64,000 nucleotides of DNA. Source: Octopus vulgaris (lineage: Eukaryota). The stretch is from assembly GCA_951406725.2 (NCBI GenBank), contig OX597816.1, forward strand, positions 58,032,001 to 58,096,000, written 5' to 3'. The translations under genes were made by a program, and so were the position numbers. The notes below the pieces were generated by a model. It saw only the letters and a list, made by a program, of their open reading frames with translations. It made no database searches and had not been told where the DNA came from. Of this stretch, positions 1 to 10,863 are shown piece after piece (within the stretch, counting starts at the first letter, position 1; every line of letters begins with the position of its first letter).

Positions 1-127
1 CCCAGCCTGGAAGACTGACGTAAAACAGTGATGATGATGTATTTACTTATGTGCCTATATATTTACATACACCTACGTATTTACACTCATGAATATGTTC
101 ATAAACAAAAATATTTATTCACCCATG

Positions 128-160
<33 letters not shown>

Positions 161-162
<2 letters not shown>

Positions 163-1575
163 TCATCATCATCATCCTCGTTTAACGTCCGCTTTCCATG
201 CTAGCATGGGTTGGACGGTTCAACTGGGTTCTGGGGAGCCCAAAGGCTGCACCAGGCCAGTCAGATCTGGCAGTGTTTCTACAGCTGGATGCCCTTCCTA
301 ACGCCAACCACTCCGAGAGTGTAGTGGGTGATTTTATGTGCCACCGACACAGGTGCCAGACAAGGCTGGCGAACGGCCACGCTCGGATGGTGTTTTTATG
401 TGCCACCGACACAGGTGCCAGACGAGGCTGGCAGACGGCCACGCTCGGATGGTGTTTTTATGTGCCACCGACACAGGTGCCAGACGAGGCTGGCAGACGG
501 CCACGCTCGGATGGTGTTTTTATGTGCCACCGACACAGGTGCCAGACGAGGCTGGCAGACGGCCACGCTCGGATGGTGTTTTTATGTGCCACCGACACAG
601 GTGCCAGACGAGGCTGGCAGACGGCCACGCTCGGACGGTGTTTGTTACGTGCCCACAGCACGGAGGCCAGTCGATGCGGTACTGGCTACGGTCCCGTTCG
701 GATGGTTTTCTTATGTGCCATCGGCACTGGTACCACAAGGATACAAATTCCATTGATGTTCATCTATTTTGATTTGGTTTGACTTGATTCGATTTGACTT
801 TGATTTGATTTGCCTCAACAGGTCTTCTCAAGTGTCACAAGCAGGAAGGTATGCACAGGCGGACTGACTACGTCCCAGGTAGGGGCCACGGGTTATGGCT
901 TCACTAGTCTTGCCGGGTCTTCTCACGCACAGCATACTTCCATAGGTCTCGGTCTCTGGTCATTTCCATGGTGAGACCTAATGTTCGAAGGTCGTGCTTC
1001 ACCACCTCGTCCCAGGTTTTCCTGGGTCTACCTCTTCCACGGGTTCCCTCAACTGCTAGGGATTGGCACTTTCTCACACACCTATCTTCATCCATTCTCG
1101 CCACATGACCATACCATCGCAATCGTCTCTCTTGCACGCAACAACTGATGCTTCTTAGGTACAACATTTCTCTTAGGGAACTAACACTCTGTCGAGTAAG
1201 TACACTGACATTACACATCCATCGGAGCATACTGGCTTCATTCCTCATGAGCTTACGCATGTCCTCAGCAGTCACGGCCCATGTTTCACTGCCATGTAGC
1301 ATGGCAGTTCGAACACATGCATCATACAGTCTGCCCTTTACTCTGAGCGAGAGGCCTTTAGTCACCAGCAGAGGTAAGAGCTCCCTAAACTTTGCCCAGG
1401 CTATTCTTATTCTAGCAGTTACACTCTCAGCGCACCCACCCCCACTACTGACTTGGTCACCTAGATAACGGAAGCTATCAACTACTTCTAATTTTTCCCC
1501 CTGGAAAGTGACGGAAGTTGTTTTCTGCAGATTTTCGGAGGTCAATGCTCCCGAGCATCTGCCACATATAAAGAC
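161..1575 (-). mobile_element. 5'-truncated RTE-clade LINE (C-terminal ORF 904..1545, 3' UTR with 62-bp tandem repeats, (GAT)n tail)
   Basis: ORF carries RTE thumb/C-terminal motifs VDSFRYLGD, MLHGSETWA, RRLRWYGHVARM, RGRGRPRKTW. It ends in (CAT)n on + and is inserted in a (TA)n tract. Confidence 0.9.
335..650. repeat. 62-bp tandem minisatellite (about 5 copies) in the RTE 3' UTR
   Basis: ccaccgacacaggtgccaga recurs at 341, 403, 465, 527, 589. Confidence 0.9.
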
Positions 1576-1595
1576 TATATTTATTTTATAGAAGG

Positions 1596-1646
1596 AGCTT
1601 CTACAGGACTAGAACTGTTTCATTCAAATGAAATCATCAGGAAGCT
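1596..1646 (-). ncRNA. Type I hammerhead ribozyme motif in a PLE-like inverted-repeat remnant (1579-1716)
   Basis: Minus strand reads agcttc CUGAUGA uuucauuugaau GAAA cag uucuaguc cug UA gaagcu: 6-bp stem I, 4-bp stem III, GUA site. Confidence 0.7.
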
Positions 1647-1781
1647 TGGTGTCAAGAATAGTTTCATTTGAATGAAACAGTTCTAGTCCTGTAGAAACTC
1701 CTTCTATAAAATAAATTAATTTACTCTGCTATGTATTGAGTACCTTATTTACTGTGGTTAACCCCGACTCAACCCGGGACC

Positions 1782-1820
<39 letters not shown>

Positions 1821-2121
1821 TTCATGTGTTTCTTGTCTCAGTCATTTGACTACGACCATGCTGGAGCACCACCTTGAAGGATTTTTAATTGAATAAATCA
1901 ACCCCGGTTTTTTGTCTTTTTTAATCCTGCACCCATACTAGCAGGGAAGGCAGACGTTAAATGGTTATGTACTTATTCTGTCTGTTTCTTTTGCCGAACC
2001 ACTAAGTCACAGGGACATAAACACACCAACACTGGTTCTGAAATGGTGGTGCAAGAAACCGTGTGTTTGGGAAACAAACTTCTTTACAACACAGCTACAC
2101 CTGCTCCTATATATTTATACA

Positions 2122-2349
2122 GGCGGCGAGCTGGCAGAAACGTTAGTGCGCCGGGCGAAATGCTTAGCGGTATTTCGTCAGACGTTACGTTCTGAGTTCA
2201 AATTCCGCCGAGGTAGACTTTTCCTTTCATCCTTTCGGGGTCGATAAATAAAGTACCAGTTTCGCACTGGGGTCGATGTAATCGACTTAATCCCTTTGTC
2301 TGTCCTTGTTTGTCCCCTCTATGTTTAGCCCCTTGTGGGTAGTAAAGAA
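2122..2349 (+). mobile_element. tRNA-derived SINE (family B, ggcggcgagctggcag head) with 13-bp TSD
   Basis: A-box-like TGGCAGAAACGTTAG and B-box GAGTTCAAATTCC. TSD atatatttataca at 2109-2121 and 2350-2362. Confidence 0.85.
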
Positions 2350-3831
2350 ATATATTTATACACTTACGAACCCTGCCGATACAGACACACACATCTGGTG
2401 CAGGCTCCTACCTGACCAGCTCCTGTCAAACCATCCAACCCATGCCAGCATGGAAAGAAGACGTTAAATGATGATGATGGTGACACAAATATACTTACAC
2501 ACAGAAAATTTATATACTCTTTTACATGTTTCAATCATTTAACTGCTGGAGCACTGCCTTTGATCAAAGAAATTGACCCCAGGACTTATTCTTTGTAAGC
2601 CAAAACTGGTAACTTTCGGGGGCATAAACACACCAACATCAGTTGTTAAGCAATGGTGGGGGACACATAGACGCCTAAATATAAATATATATACAGCGGT
2701 GGTGCCCAGCATGGCCGCGGCCTTCGGGCTAAAACATTTTAAAGGATTTATACACACTCACACACACATGATGTTTCTGTCCACCAAATCCACTGACAAG
2801 GCTTTGGTTGGCCTGAGGCTTTAGCAGAGGACACTTACCCAAGGTACCATGCAGTGGGATTGAACCTGGACCCATGTTGTTGGGAAGCAAGCTTCTTACC
2901 AAACAGCCACATCCACAAATTTATACACACACACACACACACACATATATGCAGTAGGATTCTTTATTTCCATGTATGAAATCCACTGATGGCTATAATT
3001 GATGATGCTTCCCTAAGGTTCCGTGGATTGGGACTGAACCCAAAACCATGTATTTCGGAACCAGACTTTTTACCCACACAGCCACATCAGTGCCTATAAT
3101 GTGTGCTCGCGCACACACACACACACACACACAAGGTTTCATACAGTTTCTGTCTACTACATGCAATTCCAAGTCATTGGATTAACTTTATATGTATATG
3201 TATGTATGTATATGTGTGTGTGTGTATGTATGTATTTATATTGGTACCCCATGGAAAGTGGACAGTAAACGATAATGACGACGATGTACAAGAAGCAAAT
3301 ATTTACATAAATAAAAAGACGGTGAAACAAAAACATTTGCTGTTGTTTAATTGCAGTTCAACTAAAAAACCTAGGACAAGTTAGTGTTATGAACTTCTCG
3401 GAAACACTTAAAAGATTCAAGCCATGTTTAGCTGAGCTACTTAATGCAAGTGTGAGGAAGTAGATTGCTGCATGAAGAAAACGGAAATATTATCTTGACA
3501 TTCACAGGCCTGGATGTGTGGAGTCTGTTTTGTAATCATGTGGTTTTGAGTACAACTTCGCCGAGTGGAACTTTGGATCCAAGTGTGTTCTACTCTAACC
3601 TCAGTCAGACCAATGACCTGGAATTACATGTAGTAGACAGAAACTGTATGAAACCTTGTGTGTGAGTGTGCGCGAGCACACATTATAGGCACTGATGTGG
3701 CTGTGTGGGTAAAAAGTCTGGTTCCAAAATACATGGTTTTGGGTTCAGTCCCAATCCACGGAACCTTAGGGAAGCATCATCAATTATAGCCATCAGTGGA
3801 TTTCATACATGGAAATAAAGAATCCTACTGC

Positions 3832-3876
<45 letters not shown>

Positions 3877-4736
3877 AATTTGTGGATGTGGCTGTTTAGT
3901 AAGAAGCTTGCTTCCCAACAACATGGGTCCAAGTTCAATCCCACTGCATGGTACCTTGGGTAAGTGTCCTCTGCTAAAGCCTCAGTCCAACCAAAGCCTT
4001 GTCAGTGGATTTGGTGGACAGAAACATCATGTGTGTGTGAGTGTGTATAAATCCTTAAAAATGTTTTAGCCTGAAGGCCGCGGCCATGCTGGGGCACCAC
4101 TGCTGTATATATATTTATATTTAGGCGTCTATGTGTCCCCCACCATTGCTTAACAACTGATGTTGGTATGTTTATGCCCCCGAAAGTTACCAGTTTTGGC
4201 TTACAAAGAATAAGTCCTGGGGTCAATTTCTTTGATCAAAGGCAGTGCTCCAGCAGTTAAATGATTGAAACATGTAAAAGAGTATATAAATTTTCTGTGT
4301 GTAAGTATATTTGTGTCATCATCATTTAACGTCTTCTTTCCATGCTGGCATGGGTTGGATGGTTTGACAGGAGCTGGTCAGGTAGGAGCCTGCACCAGAT
4401 GTGTGTGTCTGTATCGGCAGGGTTCGTAAGTGTATAAATATATAGGAGCAGGTGTAGCTGTGTTGTAAAGAAGTTTGTTTCCCAAACACACGGTTTCTTG
4501 CACCACCATTTCAGAACCAGTGTTGGTGTGTTTATGTCCCTGTAACTTAGTGGTTTGGCAAAAGAAACAGACAGAATAAGTACATAACCATTTAACGTCT
4601 GCCTTCCCTGCTAGTATGGGTGCAGGATTAAAAAAGACAAAAAACCGGGGTTGATTTATTCAATTAAAAATCCTTCAAGGTGGTGCTCCAGCATGGTCAT
4701 AGTCAAATGACTGAGACAAGAAACACATGAAAGATA

Positions 4737-4784
<48 letters not shown>

Positions 4785-5086
4785 TATATCTCCATGGGTG
4801 AATAAATATTTTTGTTTATGAACATATTCATGAGTGTAAATATGTAGGTGTAAGTAAATATATAGGCACATAAGTAAATACATCATCATCATTGTTTTAC
4901 GTCAGTCTTCCAGGCTGGAAGGGTTGGGGCTATTTCAGAGAATTCAACAAAGCAAGAGAATACACATAACACTGCATTGGTGAGTCTACGTGGCTTCTCT
5001 GAATCTTGATTTTCCTGGAAAAATGTAAATAAATACTGTGACATAATCATGACTTCTCTTATCTAGCTTTGTTTACTGGTTTACTG

Positions 5087-5148
<62 letters not shown>

Positions 5149-5365
5149 TTCTCATCTAAAATTAGTGTATATTTTATATGAAAAATATCATCTAAAATTA
5201 GTGTATATTTTAAATGGTGTCTACTGACCATTTTATACATGCTAGCCACTGGTAGAAAATTTCTCTAAGGTTCCTATACTATATATATTTTCTTAGTATA
5301 TAAAGTAATTTAAATAATATATATATATACATAAGCATATATACATAAGTATATGTACATATACA

Positions 5366-5530
5366 GGAATGGCTGTGTGGTAAGTAGCTTGCTAACCAAC
5401 CACATGGTTCCAGGTTCAGTCCCACTGCGTGGCATCTTGGGCAAGTGACTTCTGCTGTAGCCCCGGGCCGACCAATGCCTTGTGAGTGGATTTGGTAGAC
5501 GGAAACTGAAAGAAGCCTGTCGTATATATG

Positions 5531-5567
<37 letters not shown>

Positions 5568-5775
5568 TTGTGTGTCTGTCCCCCTAGCATTGCTTGACAA
5601 CTGATGCTGGTGTGTTTACATCTCCTGTCACTTAGCGGTTTGGCAAAAGAGACCGATAGAATAAGTACTGGGCTTACAAAGAATAAGTCCTGGGGTCGAT
5701 TTGCTCAACTAAAGGCGGTGCTCCAGCATGGCCACAGTCAAATGACTGAAACAAGTAAAAGAGTAAGAATAAAGA
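5366..5775 (+). mobile_element. tRNA-derived SINE (family A, tggctgtgtggtaag head, internal TA/TG tract)
   Basis: A-box TGGCTGTGTGG, B-box-like GGTTCAGTCCC and CORE-like cttgggcaagtg. Many similar copies occur in the window. Confidence 0.8.
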
Positions 5776-6249
5776 GTATATATATATATCCATGAAATGT
5801 GTACAACAACAAAATACAAAGCACGTGTACATGGAACATGAACTATTCTTTCGAACAACAAAATACACAAATGGAAAACAAAACAAACATAAAGAATGAC
5901 CCTTCATCAGTTGTTGGCTTTTTATCTACTGTTGTTTTTCGAGCGTTTAACAACAATATACGCTTTCAATAAAACAGTTGCTCCTGCAAAGCAAATTATA
6001 TAAAATTTGGGATTTTTGCGGAGGGTCAAAATAGGCAAAACAAACAGGAAGGGCTGCTAAGCCTAAACAAGGTTGTGGTGGCGAATGCGCAAATCAAGCT
6101 TGGACAGGAGACAAACAAGAACACATCTTCTTTGTTCCAGCTACAAGGGAGAGAAAGAAAGATGGCCGATGGTCATGAGGGAGCCACATGAGCAAGAGAG
6201 GCATATCATCAGACATGTCAGTCCATTGTCATTTCATCCATGAAGTCCA

Positions 6250-6515
6250 ACATCTTGAGATTGGTCCTGACCACTTCATCCCACATCTTCCTGGGTCTCC
6301 CTCTTCCAGAGGTACTATCCTCTTTGAGTGATCAGCACTTCTTTATACAGCTGCCCGCATTCATACGCATCACATGTCCAAACCAATGTAGTCTCCTCTC
6401 TTGCATGCTACATTTGATTCCGCTTATGCCCAACAATTCTCTCAATACATTTGTACTTTGTCGTACATGCGCACTGATGTTTCACAGCCAACGGAGTACA
6501 CCACCTTCATTTCTC
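6250..6515 (-). mobile_element. Degenerate RTE LINE C-terminal fragment
   Basis: Similar to the 904-1545 family (accacttcatcccacatcttcctgggtctccctctt corresponds to GRPRKxWDEVV). Confidence 0.65.
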
Positions 6516-6997
6516 TCCACAAAAACACACACACAATCTTAAGACTCACTGACCAGCAATGCTAGCAGACAAACAATACTAAAAATAACAAGAATAGTCA
6601 CTCAGTAATTCGTTCGCGTCCTTTCAGGAGGTGTGTTGACTTTTGTCATATAAGTTCATGGGGCCCTGATGGGGTAATAAACCATCATAAACACAAGCCC
6701 ATTCAACTTTGCATAACAGAGCATGAAATAAAAATACAAACCTGGTAAAGTTGTTTTGGAATCACCGGAGACATTTATCTGGGTTACCTAAGGAATAAAG
6801 AAATAAATACTTTACAATTTTCTTGGACTTATATTTTATTTATAAAGTCATTATATATCATCATCATCATCATTTAGCGTCTGTTTTCCATGCTAGCATG
6901 GGTTGGACGGTTCAACTGGGGTCTGTGAAGCTGGAAGGCTTCATCAGGCCCAGTCAGATCTGCCAGTGTTTCTACGGCTGGATGCCCTTCCTAATGC

Positions 6998-7043
<46 letters not shown>

Positions 7044-7073
7044 ATAGAATTATAGTATCTGTGTGTATGTATG

Positions 7074-7126
<53 letters not shown>

Positions 7127-7469
7127 CACACACACACACAAATATATACATACATGTATGAACATATTTATGAACATATTCATGAGTGTAAATATGTAGG
7201 TGTATGTAAATATATAGGCACATAAGTAAATACATCATCATCATCATTGTTTTACGTCAGTCTTCCAGGCTGGGAAAGGTTGGGGCGATTTCAGAGAATT
7301 CAACAAAGCGAGAGAATGCACATAACACTGCATTGGTGAGTCTACGTGGCTTTTCTGATATTTAATGTTATCAAAGTCATTCATATGAAACTTGAGAGAA
7401 TGCATCATATATATAACAGTAGAGGCACAGGTGTTAATCCATTACGGCAATTCATAATGACTCCTTTAA

Positions 7470-7689
7470 CCCTTTCGTTACTGAATTAATTTTGAGATGC
7501 TCTGTGTTTCTTTTAATTACTTTAAATATAACAAAGAATTTAGTAAAATAACTTGGTTATCATTCAGCTAGTGTTAGGAACATAAATTGTGACAAAGGTT
7601 TGGTAGAAGATTTTAATTCAAAGTTTATGAAAACAAGACATTTGTACTCAAAGCCAGAGCGGGTTTCAGCCGGGTTGGTAACGAAAGGG
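7470..7689. mobile_element. piggyBac-type MITE
   Basis: TTAA on both sides, TIRs ccctttcgttac/gtaacgaaaggg. A second copy lies at 24488-24707. Confidence 0.8.
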
Positions 7690-8214
7690 TTAATTGATTA
7701 ATGAATACATCATTATAAAGGAACGATTTTCTTCAGATGACTTCATAAACTTCAAAATAAAGGACATTCGAAATAATCTCCCACCCCCACTTCAACACGC
7801 ATGAACACGTCTATCATGACTCATACATTGTTCACTTTCCTGATAATTCTATGCACAGTGCATGCACCTTTGATTCATTGTAGTACACCTGAGCTCTAAA
7901 CACAATAATTTCATTATTATTATAGTTTAAAATTTATGGAACAAAAACATTTACAGTGACAGAATGGATTTACCAGAATGGTGTTTATTTGATTAGAACA
8001 GAGAAATTTAGAGGTTAGTAGAGTTTTTAGGAGTGGGGGAAGGAATAATTGACTGCAGTGACCCAATTCTCTTTGCTTCAAACAAGAGACAAGGGCATGA
8101 CTTCATTTGTCTAGGTCAGAGATTGTCAAATCTTTTGGGCCACCCCACCCTACGTCACATAATACCCTCAGCACCCCCACCCCTATTTTCATGTATAAAT
8201 AAATATTTTATGGA

Positions 8215-8810
8215 AATGTACTTACATAGCAAGTGACCTGATCTGTGATCGTGTGCTGGAACGTAAACAATTGCAGCGTGGAAGGGGTTTATAGGCCATT
8301 TAAGAAACACACAAAAACCGTTGGATTCACTTCAACATTTCGATTTAATTTGCCAAAATATTTTCATCACTTTGAGACCGCGACCTATTCACTGAAAAAA
8401 TTCCGTGCTGCATCACGGAATTTTGTCAGTGAACAGGTCGAAGTCTTAATAAAATATATGCAAAGCAATTATATTTAAGAATTGAAATATTTAAATGCCT
8501 TCTAAAATTTGTGACATTTCATTGTAAAATTACAATTAAATGTTAATAAAGTTAATTTAGAAGTAATTATATAATACATTTCTTCAAAGCAAAGATCACA
8601 TGTAAGATTACCAATATCGTACGATGGTGCATAACTAATAATAGACCATTTTAAATGATACTTCATCTTCCTATCTTTTAAATTCTAAATGCATTTACTA
8701 AGATTTTTAGAATAGCCATTTCTTCTATGCTTAAATGAACGAGAATAATTATGAAATCTAGAATTCAAAATTGTAGCAGATGAAACCATATAATGACACT
8801 TATAAGCCCG
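8215..8810 (-). mobile_element. Decayed PLE 3' end (GIY-YIG C-terminus plus terminal repeat)
   Basis: Minus strand translates NLKDRKMKYHLKWSIISYAPSYDIGNLTCDLCFEE, like PLE endonuclease C-termini. Hairpin at 8381-8441. The terminal-repeat sequence recurs at 20125-20275. Confidence 0.6.
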
Positions 8811-8824
8811 TTATTACCTAACAT

Positions 8825-9426
8825 TAGTGGTTCCCAAATGGGCAGTATTGCGGGCCCCCGCAGAGGGGGGGGGGCGGACAGTGGAAGGTTCTGAGGGGCC
8901 ATTGAAGAAAAGTGGGGTGAGAATGGTAGTGATTCATGTAAAAATTGGGGCAATAATGGGGTGGTGATTCATGTAGAAAGTGGAGCGATAATGGGGTGGT
9001 GATTCATGTAAAAAGTGGGGTGATAATGGGGTGGTGATTCATGTAAAAAGTGGGGTGATAATGGGGTGGTGATTCATGTAGAAAGTGGGGCGATAATGGG
9101 GTGGCGATTCATGTAAAAAGTGGAGCGACAATGGGGTGGTGATTCATGTAAAAAGTGGGGTGATAATGGGGTGGTGATTCATGTAAAAAGTGGGGTAATA
9201 TTGGGGTGGTGATTCATTTAAAAAGTGGGTGATAATATGGTGGCGATTCATGTGAAAACAACAAAATAATGGGTTCATTTGGTTAAGTTTTATTTGTGAA
9301 ATACAGTTGTTTTGAATTTGCTTCAGAAAAAGGTCTATCTTTGTGATGGTTAGTTGGGGTGGGGGTGCTAGGAATATGGGATGGGTGTCAAGGGGACAAC
9401 AGCCTGAAGAAGTTTGGGAACCACTG
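8825..9426. mobile_element. Non-autonomous hAT element with an internal 35-bp G-rich minisatellite
   Basis: TIRs tagtggttcccaaa/tttgggaaccactg. 8-bp TSD cctaacat/ccttacat (7 of 8 match). About 10 copies of the 35-bp unit at 8908-9257. Confidence 0.8.
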
Positions 9427-9494
9427 CCTTACATTGATACACCATATTTACCCTTAAACATTGGTTTTCTAAAGACAGACAATTTTGTTTTTAC

Positions 9495-9965
9495 ATTGGG
9501 CCTCACAGAGGCAAAGTGGCTGAGGTCTTTTGCATGTTGGGCCTCACAGAGGCAAGGTAGCTGAGTTCCTTTTGCGTGTTGGGCCTCACAAAGGCATGGC
9601 GACTGAGTTCCTTTTGAGTGCTGGGCCTCACAGAAGCAAAGTGGCCGAGTTCCTTTTGCGTGTTGGGCCTCACAGAGGCAAGGTAGCTGAGTTCCTTTTG
9701 CATGTTGGGTCTCACAGAGGCAAGGTGACTGAGTTCCTTTTGCGTGTTGGGCCTCATAGAGGCAAGGTAGCTGAGTTCCTTTTGCATGTTGGGCCTGACA
9801 GAGGCAAAGTGGCCGAGTTCCTTTTACGTGTTGGGCCTGACAGAGGCAAAGTGGCTGAGATCCTTTTGTGTGTTGGGCCTCACAAAGGCAAGGCGACTCA
9901 GTTCCTTTCAAGCTGGATCTCATGGAGGTTAAGTGGCCGAGTTGCTTTCAACTGTTGGGCCTCAC
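9495..9965 (+). repeat. 42-bp tandem minisatellite (about 11 copies)
   Basis: Unit tgttgggcctcacagaggcaaggtagctgagttccttttgcr, with starts at 9661 and 9703. Confidence 0.9.
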
Positions 9966-10009
9966 GGAGACAATGACCAAGACCTTTGGCATTATGTCGT
10001 GCTTGAGAA

Positions 10010-10800
10010 GTTTCTACAGCTGGATGCCCTTCCTAACGCAGGTGCTTTTATGCACCACCGGCACGAGGGCCAGTCAGGTGGTACTGGCAACGACCACGCT
10101 CAAATGGTGTTTTTACGTTCCACCTGCACAGAAGCCAGTACAGCGGCACTGGCAATGACCATGCTCAAAAGGTGTTTTTACGTGCTACCTGCATGGGAGC
10201 CAGTCTGGCAGCGACCACGCTCGAATGTTGTTTATCACGTGCTACTGGCACACGTGCCGGTAAAGCAACACTGGCAACGATCAGGCTCAAATGTTGCTTT
10301 TCACATGTCACTGGAACGGGAGCCAATCTGTGGTCCTGGCAATGATCATGGTCAGATGTGCTTTTAATATTCCACTGGCATCATCATCATCGTTTAACGT
10401 CCGCTTTCCATGCTAGCATGGGTTGGACAGTTCAACTCGGGTCTGGGAAGCCAGAAGGCTGCACCAGGCCCAGTCTGATCTGGCAGTGTTTCTACAGCTG
10501 GATGCCCTTCCTAACGCCACCACTCCGTGAGTGTAGTGGGTGCTTTTTATGTGCCACCAGCACAGGTGCCAGACGAGGCTGGCAAACATCCATGATCGGA
10601 TGGTGCTTTTTACGTGCCACCGGTACGGAGACTGGATGAAGCTAGCAACGGCCACGAATCGGATGGTGCTTTTTACGTGCCACCGGCATGGAGTTCAGTC
10701 AGGGTGGTGCTGGCTATGGCCACATTCGGATGGTTCTCTTACATGCCACCAGCACTGGTATCACAGCTACAAATTCCATTGATGTTGATCGAATACGATT
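10010..10800 (-). mobile_element. RTE-related (GAT)n-tailed non-autonomous repeats
   Basis: Same 3' end as the RTE at 161-900 (cgtttaacgtccgctttccatgctagcatgggttggac; ctacagctggatgcccttcctaacgcc). Confidence 0.75.
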
Positions 10801-10863
10801 TTAATGATAATAAATGTAATTTGAACCTTTATTAAGACTTGCAGTAATCCCAATGTGAAACGA

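Larger units (their letters stand above)
1..4918. repeat. Large inverted duplication (arms 1..3180 and 3610..4918, spacer about 430 bp)
   Basis: 1-130 is the reverse complement of about 4790-4918, and 1818-3180 (minus the SINE at 2122-2349) is the reverse complement of 3610-4735. Confidence 0.9.

Noticed and set aside
198-782. Multiple overlapping ORFs with repeated peptides
   Set aside because: Translations of the 62-bp minisatellite in a LINE 3' UTR.
780-905. HDV-like ribozyme in the RTE 3' UTR
   Set aside because: I could not build the nested double pseudoknot by eye.
3357-3463. Plus-strand terminal exon in the palindrome spacer
   Set aside because: Short, open on both strands, no recognisable homology and no partner exon in the window.
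5366-5440. tRNA genes
   Set aside because: The A/B-box sequences are SINE heads without a full cloverleaf and continue into SINE bodies.
5855-5915. Further CTGATGA motifs (also near 55039-55078 and 58560)
   Set aside because: Stems or GAAA are too degenerate to call a hammerhead.
9429-9976. Cys/His-rich repeat protein or CRISPR-like array
   Set aside because: Head-to-tail 42-bp minisatellite with no unique spacers and no cas genes. The ORF is a by-product of the unit length.
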